DNA of 64,000 nucleotides from Porphyridium purpureum (lineage: Eukaryota), in assembly GCA_008690995.1 (NCBI GenBank), contig VRMN01000001.1, positions 2,604,001-2,668,000 on the forward strand, given 5' to 3'. The translations under genes were made by a program, and so were the position numbers. Each line of letters starts with the position of its first letter. The stretch's first letter is position 1. Below the pieces are notes generated by a model. It was given only the letters and a program-made list of their open reading frames with translations, had not been told where the DNA came from and did not search any database. Of this stretch, positions 1 through 10,037 are shown in pieces.

Positions 1-1
1 T

Positions 2-2641
2 CAAGCTGGACGATTCAGCAACGCATACATGCTGCAGTATGTGCGAAAGGATCGATTGGGGGACATTCTTGCGGAGGTTGAGGACAGGGAGATCCCACCG
101 CAGCTGTCGGAAAGAATCAAACGCGAGATAGAGGAAGAAGAGCGGCGGAAGAAGGAGCGTGCAGAGCAGCATCTGTACGTCACTGTGGAAGTAGCATTTG
201 AGGAGGATCTGTTCGCGAATACGGAACCAGATTTGGTCAATTGGTCCAAAGTTCCGCGTTTGCGAGTCAACCGCGTGTGTACTTTGCGGGACCTGAAGGC
301 GCGCATCTTTGAGTTCTACGTTAACAACGTGCTCGGTGGTGGCCTTGCCGTTGCTCAGCAACAGCTACCGCGAACACGTGCAGAAGCGACTGACTTGGCC
401 AGCGACACGAACGATTCGGATAATGTTCAAGTTCAGCGCGCTATCGAACTCGAGGAAGGACGCAGAGCCGCAATGCTTCAACAGCTGCAGCAACACTATC
501 TGAGCAATTTCAACCCAGCGCTGGTTCGTTTGTGGAAGGGCGTAGAAAGACAAAATCATACGCACAGGCCAGAGACCTTGCTTGCCGATGGGGACGACGC
601 GGTTACGATCGCCGAGTTCATGTCATCGAAAGTGAATCACAACACGAACTCGTTCGGCACATACAATACGAACGTCAATAGCGAGTGTATGAAAATTTTC
701 GCGCAGATTTTCCTTAATGACGGAGATAATCGCCGCCACCAGGAGCTGATTGGTCGTCATGTCCAAAACGGCACGCTTGCCATGGAGGATGTACCGGTGC
801 AAGAGCGCATTCGTAAAAATCCGCGGACGTTGCTCAAGAATGAAGTTCTGATCTTTCTGAAGTACTTCGTGCCATCAGGCGTTGCGCCGGTACGTTTAGC
901 TGAGGGTGTCCGTCTGGTACGCACCCCACCAAAGCTCACTTACGTGGGGTGTATCGTGGTTGACAGGACGGAGCGAATCAGTAGCATTCGGCAAGAGTTG
1001 GATATTCGTTCTGGCCTCACGTCTGAACAGAAGATTTTGCTTTACGAAGAAGTCAAGCAGGATATGGTCGAGCCGGTGGGCTTTGACAAGACCTTTGAGC
1101 AAGCTGAACTTTCCGAGGGCGGCGACATTTTGATATTCCAGATCGATCCCGGGCATCTGACCAGTAGGAGCCGCAAGAAGAGCTCTAGATTGAATGGAAT
1201 CGAGACCAAGGCGCTAGCCCCGGGGCACGGGGATATGTACAATGCGGAACTGTGCGATGAGCAGCTGCATGACGGCGGGCTCGAAATGGCAGAGATGGAT
1301 TTGGAAAGTGGAGCGAAAACTGATGCCCCTGTTTCGGCTTCTGACGCCGTTACCGCGAGTCCGTTCGTTGACTCTTCCGGGGCGGAAGTGGAGATGTCGG
1401 GGCTTCCACTCGGTGGCAAACCCTTGTTATATGCACCAGAGTACATCAGGTATCTAATCGAACGAGTCATCGTCGAGTTTCGTCCCGTCGTTCGGGATGC
1501 CAGTGCAGGGATTTCTTCGAGAAGCATAGCAGGTGGCGGACCAGATCAAGCGCTTCCGATGCCTGCGAGCACGACGTTTGAACTCGAGTTGCTCCGTAGC
1601 GACTCGTACGAGGAAGTACGAGAACGCGTGGGGCGCGTTATCGGTACAAGTCCAAATTACTTGAGATTATACGGGCCGGACGAGCTTACCAGCGCTACTT
1701 GGAGCGCCGAGCCGGTCAAGTATTCGTCCAGGTACGCTCTCGAGCATTTGCTTCAACCGGGGCCCTACTCAATGCACACAGCAATGCCGTTGTCGAACAC
1801 CACGCGCATCATGAATAGCGGTTCGGATGGCGGGCGGAAAGCGAACGTTCTGTGGTATGAGCGCATCGAGTACCCGATTCAAGAATTCGAGAACATGGAA
1901 GAAGTTCGAATTGTGTGGCGTCCAGATGGTGGTGCACCAGGTAATCGTGAGTGGCTGGACCGTTATGCGGATAAAGACGCCGACGCACTGAGAGCTGCGA
2001 GCGATGCGCCGCCGTGGACTAGCACGCGTGCTCTCTCATGCCTGGTTCCGTTTAACTCTCTTTACTCGGCTGTCGAGAAGGAACTGCGAAGTCGCTTGGA
2101 GTTGCCAGATGAAATGGGCGTGCACTTCTTACGAATTGTGGACTACAACATTGTTGCGCAGGTGGCGGTGAACGAGGCTGTGCAGCGAGCGGGATCCATG
2201 TTTGCGGTTTCGGGTGGCGCGATTCCAAGAGACGAAGGATCTTACGAGCTGCGGGCAGAGCCGCGTTTCGACGCGCTTCCAGGTTATATTGCCGTGGCTG
2301 TTTTGCACTTGACGAAAGAAAGGGATCGTCGTGCTAATGGAAACTTGGTATTTTTCGGTGTTCCCTTCATCATGCAAGTTCAGAAACAAGGCGAGGCGGT
2401 GTCTGAAATTCGTAGTCGCATGCGCGCAATGCTAGGTGCCACGAGTGCAGCTGAGTTTGATGAGTGGGGTCTCTATGAAGTGGCCTCCGGATATAAGCTG
2501 GAGCCATTGTCGGATCCCGGGGTGATTTGGATCCCACCCACAGGTATCAAGGCGACGCTCGCACTCGAGCATCGCAATGCGGCACCACCTACATCTCGAA
2601 AGGCGGCTAACTTTTATTCGAAGCCGCTGAAGATCCGGTGA
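2..2641 (+). CDS. USP7: Ubiquitin-specific protease USP7/UBP12-like, C-terminal part (5' truncated by window)
   Basis: Frame is open from nt 2. End-of-catalytic-domain motif SNAYMLQYVR is followed by IPPQL..R...E.EE.ERRKKERAEQHLY, and by Ubl-region motifs LIFLKYF, LYEEVK, ELSEGGDILIFQ and FGVPF. C-terminal LEH...KPLKI is typical of USP7. Confidence 0.9.
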   Translation, partial: QAGRFSNAYMLQYVRKDRLGDILAEVEDREIPPQLSERIKREIEEEERRKKERAEQHLYVTVEVAFEEDLFANTEPDLVNWSKVPRLRVNRVCTLRDLKARIFEFYVNNVLGGGLAVAQQQLPRTRAEATDLASDTNDSDNVQVQRAIELEEGRRAAMLQQLQQHYLSNFNPALVRLWKGVERQNHTHRPETLLADGDDAVTIAEFMSSKVNHNTNSFGTYNTNVNSECMKIFAQIFLNDGDNRRHQELIGRHVQNGTLAMEDVPVQERIRKNPRTLLKNEVLIFLKYFVPSGVAPVRLAEGVRLVRTPPKLTYVGCIVVDRTERISSIRQELDIRSGLTSEQKILLYEEVKQDMVEPVGFDKTFEQAELSEGGDILIFQIDPGHLTSRSRKKSSRLNGIETKALAPGHGDMYNAELCDEQLHDGGLEMAEMDLESGAKTDAPVSASDAVTASPFVDSSGAEVEMSGLPLGGKPLLYAPEYIRYLIERVIVEFRPVVRDASAGISSRSIAGGGPDQALPMPASTTFELELLRSDSYEEVRERVGRVIGTSPNYLRLYGPDELTSATWSAEPVKYSSRYALEHLLQPGPYSMHTAMPLSNTTRIMNSGSDGGRKANVLWYERIEYPIQEFENMEEVRIVWRPDGGAPGNREWLDRYADKDADALRAASDAPPWTSTRALSCLVPFNSLYSAVEKELRSRLELPDEMGVHFLRIVDYNIVAQVAVNEAVQRAGSMFAVSGGAIPRDEGSYELRAEPRFDALPGYIAVAVLHLTKERDRRANGNLVFFGVPFIMQVQKQGEAVSEIRSRMRAMLGATSAAEFDEWGLYEVASGYKLEPLSDPGVIWIPPTGIKATLALEHRNAAPPTSRKAANFYSKPLKIR

Positions 2642-2797
2642 GCGGTTCCCTTTCGCAACGAGTAGTCGACCTGGATTGAGCCCAAGCACGCTGCTCCAGG
2701 CGTTCTTCGAAGACGGTCAGAATGAAGGGGCATGGTGGCTGTGCTGGCAGTATGTATTGACGAACTGAATTGACGAACTGCATTTACTCTTAAAGAC

Positions 2798-3115
2798 CTA
2801 CATGTAGTGAGCTGTATAATCTGGCTCCCCGTGGTCGGAGAAAATACTGTTTGTCGTTTCAGTATCTGATCTCGACGTGCCCTCAAAGGCTGGTCTTGCG
2901 TCAGGCTGATGCTTTGTCCACCTGTTCTGCTTTCTTTGAAATAATGTGTTTGTCTTCCACCGCGTCGCGTCCCGACGCACGAGAGGTTTGTGCTCTTCGT
3001 TGCTCGGACTCCAGGCAGGGCGACGATTTCCCGCTGAACTCTGATACCCCATGGGCACGATTGGAATAGGTGCGGAGAACTGCATGACCATTGGCGTAAC
3101 CGGCTTGGAGCTCAT
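2798..3115 (-). CDS. Small hypothetical protein (105 aa)
   Basis: ATG-initiated ORF convergent with USP7. TATA-like GTATAAGAGG ~160 nt upstream (plus strand ~3271-3280). No recognisable domain. Confidence 0.4.
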   Translation of the reverse strand: MSSKPVTPMVMQFSAPIPIVPMGYQSSAGNRRPAWSPSNEEHKPLVRRDATRWKTNTLFQRKQNRWTKHQPDARPAFEGTSRSDTETTNSIFSDHGEPDYTAHYM

Positions 3116-3448
3116 GTTTGCGACTGGATTCTGCGGATAAAGTGTCGAATACTTCGGAACCGATACAGAGTCAACACTTCAGATTTCTTTTGCTTTGCCT
3201 GTTTTTGCGCCGGTTGAATCTGCTTTGCCGGCGCTGCAGTCGGTCAGGTGTGGCCCGCGTCCCCCTCGCGCCTCTTATACATCGCACGCATCGCCACATC
3301 GGCGCGCGTCTTACATTTGATGTCAGCGCCCATGCGCAAGTCCATGGCGCGCAAGTGTAAGCTCATGTAAGGAGTTCGCTGTACTACTTACAAATCACTG
3401 TACTTCTTTTTGGGGGAAACGTTGGGGGTACAGTGCGTCCAAACAAAC

Positions 3449-4245
3449 CTTGGAATTTCTCCCTTTCTGCTTTGTAACCGAATCAACAAAACCGGATCGC
3501 TTCACCGATAACAGGAACTGGAAACCGCCACACCCCGGAAACTGACAAACCGACGACGAACCGACACACCGAAACGAACGGAAGGACAAGCAGGACAATC
3601 AGAGAAAAGTGGCTAGAAAGGAAGAGAGGACAGAAAATTCAACTTATAGGGGACTACGAGAGGGAGTGGACCGGTCTTGACAAGTGAAGGGTGATGGAAG
3701 GTACGTTTAAACCCCAGCTGCCTTTTTAAAAACACTCCAGACCGATATCCGCTCGCACAACACGCTAGCGTGCCTCTCCCGCAAATCCAACCCAAGTCTT
3801 CCAACGACTGCCTCAATCCAACTAACCAATTCTCTTTTTATTCTATTTGCCCTTACCTCTTCTTCTACCTTGACCTGGAAATTCCTGGGAACCAGCTTGC
3901 CCCTTCGTCCTTTTATACCCTTCGTCCTTGCTCTTTCCAGCAAGGACGGGAGAACAAATTTCTCCAACAGGACGAATTTCCACCACAGGTTTTGATTCGT
4001 TCCACAACTCGCAACCACAGCCGGCCACGTATCCGGAAAATGGCCGGGAAGGCGCGTCAAGAACGAATCCAGAAGCTTCGGCCGGCCTTTGACCTTTGCA
4101 CAAGGTCACACAAAACGACAATGACAAACATTTCGCAGGTCCGAGATCATCACGCTTCTCGAACAATCTTTCATCATAGAACTTTCTAGGGTTTTGTACT
4201 CAAAACCCTACGGCGTCTCTCGGGGCGGAACCCTAAAATTCCACG
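3449..4245 (-). repeat. 3' LTR
   Basis: Direct repeat of 8412-9207. Core TGGAATT...AATTCCA spans 3451-4243. The only difference I saw is one extra A in the TTTTTAAAAAC run near 3730. Confidence 0.95.
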
Positions 4246-7200
4246 CTCCTCCTTCCGGTCTGAGGGACGCGTAACTTCTCCCAGCACTTAATGTGGCCCT
4301 CCGGAAATAAGGCCTTGGTCATTAAGTCCGCCACATTTTCGTCCGTCTTCACAAATGCCAGTTTCACAAGTTTCTGCTTTTCGCACACCTGATGCAACCA
4401 GGCCAAATCTGTTGCTCGGGTTATCGCCATATGATGCAACTTTGGCGAGTACCCCATCTCTATTGCTCGCATCACAGCTTGATTATCACACATCAAAATC
4501 ACCGAGAACTCTCCGTCACGTATACTTCGCAAGAAAGACAATGCAGGAAACAACGAGAGTTGCACAGTTTCCTCTAGGGCGGCCAGCTCCGACTCTGAAG
4601 TCGACGAGCTCACGAAACGCTGCTTTCTTGAAGACCAATCCACTAGGTACTTGTAATCTCCAGCAACTAAGTACGTTGCTCTTCCAGAAGTCGACACACG
4701 ACTCTCTGGACAACCAGCAAAGTCAGCATCCGTGTATCCAAGAATGTTCACCCCTCTGATGCCTTCCTTGAGATTCCCCAACACGTGATACTCCAATGCT
4801 TCCCGAGGTGTTTTCAAATACTGCACGACTCGTACGAGCAGCCTTTCTGCTGCCACATTCCACTTGTCAACGTACCGGGCAATCATACCGACTGCATACG
4901 CAATATCAGGTCGAACCGTTCTGGCGAGCCACACAGCCTCCCGACGTGTTCTCTTACTTTCAAAGTCTTCCAGATGACTTGATAATTCAGAACTTCCTCG
5001 CCATCTAGCTTCTCAGATGGTGACTTCACGGCACGCAATACGCGTCTAATATCCTGCTCGAATTCCCGAATGACCACATCTTGATACTCTTGATTCGCCA
5101 AACTCACGTTCCCATTTTTGAGGGAAATGCTCGTCCCCAGGAATCTCAAGGATCCCCCTTCCGTCAATAGTTCTGGTGCTTTTTCTATGAGAAACTCTTG
5201 TTTCAATTCTTCGATGATTCCTGGGCGTTCCTCCTCTCGACAGGCTAATAGACCATCATCCACGTACAGAGCCAACAACGCAACTGACGAACTTGCAGCA
5301 TTTCTCCGGACGTACACATTCTTTTCACCATGCACGAGCTTCCACTGGAACTTTTGCAATCTCCTCCGAGCATCTTGTGAGAAATCCGAGCCGCTCCTGG
5401 GCAAGCCATACAGCGCCTTTCTCAGCCTGACTACTGTGTCTTTTGAATCACAAATTTCACGCGGTAAATATGCAAACGTAGGTGGCCCAGACAGGTCCGC
5501 ATGGAGGTATGCCGAGCTGATGTCGAAGCTAACAATCTGAAGGCCCAGAATTGCAGCCACAGCTATTATCATTCGGATAGCTGACAAACCAGCAGGCGTC
5601 TCATAATCAAAAATGTCATTCGTCGCAGCTCCATCGGACCCCCATATCCTGTTTCCCCCGGCCACCAAGCGGCACTTCACCTTGCGAAATTCTTCCGGCA
5701 TCTCAGCAAATTTCAGATCGAAAATGAAATGTGTGCGTACGAAACGAGCACCAGGTTGCCTCCGGGCCTCCTCCAGCGTCAAGGGACTCTCATCCCATAC
5801 CCCAAATTTCAGCATGGATTTGACTTCTTTTTCCATCGCGGCTCGTCCTTGCTCAGACGCCAACGCCGCTCCAGTTTTCATCAAAGTCGTCAAGTTCAAC
5901 TGTGGGATCGTCACTGGACCACCCGTGCCTGCTGCCCGTTCCTCGTCAACCACTCTCACTTTCAATGCCTCGATCTCTTTCTCAAGCTCCGCTTCTCGAG
6001 CTCTGAGAGCATCGATACGACGATCCAAGTCCTGCACCGCTTCAACCGCGGATGGTTCGTCCACTTCTGGCAACTCTTCCTGCTGGCTCAGGCTCACCAT
6101 CTCTCGTTCGATTCCCTTTAAAGGGAACTCATGGGGAAATGCCTTAAAATCCTGAGTGCGAATTACTTTTGGGGTCTCACTCGTCCAGTCATCCCGAGGA
6201 AGCACCAAAATTGCCATCGGATGCTCTCCAACGCCGACGAGAATGCCAACTTTTCCTCGCGGTGCATACTTATTGTCAGGCTGATCATCTTCGTAGACCA
6301 CCTTGCACCCGAATGGCAAACCAAGATTTTTCGGCGACCATTTTTCACCATGTCGTAATTCAAACGGCGTCTTTCCAGACTTCCTGCCCACGTGCAGTCT
6401 ATTCGTCATGAACGCAAAATGCTGCGCGGCGTGCATGAACCAACGCTTCCCGAGCCCGGCCTGCACAAGATTCGCACGGATTCCCTGATTCAGCGTGTGG
6501 TGAAACCGCTCCTGTTCAGCATGACTGTTTGGCCTGTACGGAATCCCCACCTCGTGCTTTATGAGGTGTTCACGCACCAGTCTCCCCACATCTCCCTTGA
6601 ACTCATTCCCATCATCCGTTCGCAAAACCTTCGGCCATCCTCTCCCGGCTTGCACACTTTTCCAAGCGTCCGCAACCGCCGTGTGAGTTTTCGCACGTAG
6701 CCCCGCCAATGTCACCCATCCTGTGGCTCTGTCGATATGCGTCAAAATAAATTTTGAACCATCTACCGACTTCACATTTCGCCCAGGCTCCACCAAGTCA
6801 ATTCCGACTTCATCATTGAATGACAATGCACTGACATCTTTCTCCAGCCTTCGGGCCGGGCGTCGCTTTATCTTCGCCACGACACACGTCTCACAGTCTC
6901 TTTGCATAGGCATGTGAGTCAACTCGTGTTCCGAAGCAGCCACGCTCTGATTTTTCCCGTCAAGCTCGGGAACCACTTCTTCAACATTTTCCAACGTGCA
7001 TATTTCCTTCCCCTCGGGCCTCGTTTCCATCAGTCCCTTCTGCCAATCAATCTTAGGATTCACCATCTTGAGCCATTTCCACCCTAAGATGGCATCCATA
7101 CGAATGGGACCGATATAAAACTCGACGTTCCCTATCCAGAAACCGAGGTCCACCGCAAGCACAATGGGGCCGTGCACCTTCATTCTCTGTCCTCCCGCAA

Positions 7201-7438
7201 GCTCGACCATGCATTCATCGCAACTGGACTTTACGCTTGCGTCCAAGAATCGGGACCCCAGGAAATTATGCGACGCTCCACTGTCAATCAAGAAGTCGAT
7301 TTTTGAACCACTCACTTTCCCATGTTTGTAGAAGAGCCTTGACCTCGCACCCTCGTGCGCAACACCTTCCACAACACCCATTACAGGAGGCTCCATTCCC
7401 CTCGAGATCTCCTCCTGTCTTGGCTCTCGAGGTCTTAG
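4233..7438 (-). CDS. pol: Pol polyprotein PR-IN-RT-RNaseH (Ty1/copia order), broken by a 1-nt frameshift near 4935
   Basis: Protease LIDSGASHNF / DAILG. Integrase HELTH..C..C, GIDL, RTDDGNEF, QERF, GKTPFE, PFGC. RVT_2-type RT KCRLVAGG, FDISSAYL, LRKALYGLPRSG, LYVDD. The ORF at 4233-4934 carries RPDIAYAV, YTDADFAG, SSTSESE, CDNQA and NVADLMTK (copia RNase H). Confidence 0.92.
4246..4256 (-). promoter_or_regulatory. Polypurine tract
   Basis: GGAAGGAGGAG lies immediately before the 3' LTR. Confidence 0.85.
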
Positions 7439-7444
7439 TTTTCC
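7383..7444 (-). promoter_or_regulatory. -1 programmed ribosomal frameshift signal (slippery heptamer plus H-type pseudoknot)
   Basis: G GAA AAC (7444-7438) directly precedes the gag TAA, and pol is open in the -1 frame. Stem 1 is CCTCGAGA/TCTCGAGG and stem 2 is ACAGGAGG/CCTCCTGT. Confidence 0.8.
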
Positions 7445-8382
7445 GGCTCTGGCGGACCACCTGCCAAGCGCTCCTTCAATTTAGGGCATTTGGGCTTAAT
7501 GTGTCCACGTTCTCCACAATGGTAACACTTCACTTTGGTCTTGCCAGACTTCCGCTTGTCCATGGCTCCCAAATCCATTGGTGCGCTACCAGAATGCGAC
7601 GAGAACGCCCTGCTATGAGTCGATGACGAGTTCTTGATCACTTGACTCATATCTCCTCCGAACTTTGCAACCTGCTCAGCTGCCAACGCAACTTTCAGTG
7701 ATTCTTCCAAGGTCCTTGTGTCCTGACGGGCCACCTCAATACGCAGTTTCTCCTTCAAGCCCAGCGTGAAGATGGTGTTCAGTTCTGCATCTGTCACATC
7801 TTCAACTGATAACGCTGTCATCCTGAGATTCTGCTCAAATTCTGCGACCGTCATTTTCCCTTGCTTCAACTGATACAGATTGGTGCGCGCTGTCAAATGC
7901 GCCTGCGGCGGCTCAAACGCTGTGCGCACGAAGTTTGCGAACGCATCCCATCCGGCCTCTGCAAGGCCCTTTCTCTGCTCCTCCGGACGAGCTGCCCAAA
8001 GCAGCGCTGCGTCCCTCTCGAAAAAGCGACTTGCAACAATCACTTTCTGCGAGTCCAAAGCATCTGCGGGCATGCAGATATCCAGGTCGCTCTTCATTCG
8101 CATCAGCCATTCATTGACAACGAGCTTGTCACGCTGACCATCAAACTTTCTCAAACTGCGCCCAATTAACGCGGCCATGGCACGATCGTTGTCACCAGAC
8201 CCAGACGCCACGGTCTGCTGGCGCAACAAAACATGCATCATTTCATGGAGGTTACGATTCGCTTCCTGCACTTGTGCCATCATCATCTCCTGTCCCGCAA
8301 TGCGCGCATGCAGCTGATTAGCTGCCTCAATCCATGCCGCATTCTCCTGCGGGACATTCATTTCCATTTCATGGCTTTCCAT
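7435..8382 (-). CDS. gag: Retrotransposon Gag (Ty3/gypsy-like capsid plus CCHC zinc knuckle)
   Basis: KFDG...WL, LYQLKQGKMTVAEF, F..GLKEKLR.EV, APMDLG, and CYHCGERGHIKPKC. First ATG is at 8382. Confidence 0.9.
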   Translation of the reverse strand: MESHEMEMNVPQENAAWIEAANQLHARIAGQEMMMAQVQEANRNLHEMMHVLLRQQTVASGSGDNDRAMAALIGRSLRKFDGQRDKLVVNEWLMRMKSDLDICMPADALDSQKVIVASRFFERDAALLWAARPEEQRKGLAEAGWDAFANFVRTAFEPPQAHLTARTNLYQLKQGKMTVAEFEQNLRMTALSVEDVTDAELNTIFTLGLKEKLRIEVARQDTRTLEESLKVALAAEQVAKFGGDMSQVIKNSSSTHSRAFSSHSGSAPMDLGAMDKRKSGKTKVKCYHCGERGHIKPKCPKLKERLAGGPPEPEN

Positions 8383-8393
8383 TTTCTCCAAAC

Positions 8394-8411
8394 AACCGGG
8401 CGATGATACCA
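8394..8411 (-). promoter_or_regulatory. Primer binding site (tRNA-iMet type)
   Basis: TGGTATCATCGCCCGGTT lies immediately after the 5' LTR and resembles the canonical iMet PBS TGGTATCAGAGC. Confidence 0.85.
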
Positions 8412-9207
8412 CTTGGAATTTCTCCCTTTCTGCTTTGTAACCGAATCAACAAAACCGGATCGCTTCACCGATAACAGGAACTGGAAACCGCCACACCCCG
8501 GAAACTGACAAACCGACGACGAACCGACACACCGAAACGAACGGAAGGACAAGCAGGACAATCAGAGAAAAGTGGCTAGAAAGGAAGAGAGGACAGAAAA
8601 TTCAACTTATAGGGGACTACGAGAGGGAGTGGACCGGTCTTGACAAGTGAAGGGTGATGGAAGGTACGTTTAAACCCCAGCTGCCTTTTTAAAACACTCC
8701 AGACCGATATCCGCTCGCACAACACGCTAGCGTGCCTCTCCCGCAAATCCAACCCAAGTCTTCCAACGACTGCCTCAATCCAACTAACCAATTCTCTTTT
8801 TATTCTATTTGCCCTTACCTCTTCTTCTACCTTGACCTGGAAATTCCTGGGAACCAGCTTGCCCCTTCGTCCTTTTATACCCTTCGTCCTTGCTCTTTCC
8901 AGCAAGGACGGGAGAACAAATTTCTCCAACAGGACGAATTTCCACCACAGGTTTTGATTCGTTCCACAACTCGCAACCACAGCCGGCCACGTATCCGGAA
9001 AATGGCCGGGAAGGCGCGTCAAGAACGAATCCAGAAGCTTCGGCCGGCCTTTGACCTTTGCACAAGGTCACACAAAACGACAATGACAAACATTTCGCAG
9101 GTCCGAGATCATCACGCTTCTCGAACAATCTTTCATCATAGAACTTTCTAGGGTTTTGTACTCAAAACCCTACGGCGTCTCTCGGGGCGGAACCCTAAAA
9201 TTCCACG
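8412..9207 (-). repeat. 5' LTR
   Basis: Direct repeat of 3449-4245. Core spans 8414-9205. Minus-strand TATAAAA at ~8873-8879. Confidence 0.95.
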
Positions 9208-10037
9208 CAAACACCAAGCGATTCCGTGAAGGTGGGCTAAGCGCGTAGAAACGGCGCCTATGGCTGCGCGTTTCCATGTTGCGAAACGCGGATTTGCGAC
9301 GTGTGCTGAGAATGTCTCCGCGAAATGGGCTCCGGGAATGGGTCATCCACAGGCAGCCATGAGGCACCGATTTGTGTTCAGAGCGCAAGCCGTCGTGCTT
9401 TCGTCTGCGATTTGAGATTTCCTATGCAAGTGATGCCGATTTGGAGCGGATGCCGAAACGGCCAAAGACAAATGTCGCGCTGGACAGAATCACGTACGGC
9501 GTAGACGCAGCGCATATAAAGCGCGACCACACCGAAAAGTGCCAGAAGTGCCAGACGGAAGGAGCAAGGAAGACGCAAGAGTGAAGACATACACGGCGAC
9601 CAAGCCAAAGCCAGAAAAGGAGAGGAACGTGCTTTCATCATGTGGGACTTTGCAGGATTGTTCGGGGATGAGAAGCGTCGAGCTCTAGACGCAACAGAGT
9701 CGCAGAGGATGCTCTCTGCGAACAAGGGATTGTTTCAAAGTCAAGACGCAAAGGCTGTAGGGAATCAGCAAGGCTTGAGGCCGGCCCGTGGGATGAGAAG
9801 GTCATTCTTCAATCGTTCGCAGCGCAAGACGGGTACCGCCGTGAGAATGAACTCCCTGTCTTCTCCGCGGCTTCAGCAGTACGATCGCACATCGAGCCTC
9901 GGGCATGTGGTATGCCTAGAGCGTTGTCTGTCCGTAGAGGAACATCGCAGTTCGCTCTTACAGCTGAAGCAGTCAGGGTTAATTTGAAGCTATGCTCTAT
10001 GTAGATAAAGTCCAATCTGAATTTCATTTCCTTAATA

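Larger units (their letters stand above)
3449..9207 (-). mobile_element. Full-length LTR retrotransposon, copia-order pol with gypsy-like gag/protease
   Basis: Two near-identical ~797-bp LTRs, PBS, PPT, gag and pol ORFs, and a 5-bp target-site duplication CAAAC at 3444-3448 and 9208-9212. Confidence 0.97.

Noticed and set aside
3707..4189. ORFs of 107-148 aa inside the LTRs (duplicated at 8576-9151)
   Set aside because: They overlap on both strands, show no protein motifs, and are duplicated only because the LTR is.
3451..9205. Canonical TG...CA element boundaries
   Set aside because: The flanks (AACCT / CGCAA) give no TSD. Boundaries 2 nt further out do.
9372..9987. Two short plus-strand ORFs right of the retrotransposon
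   Set aside because: Non-ATG or short, with no motifs. They cannot be supported as genes.
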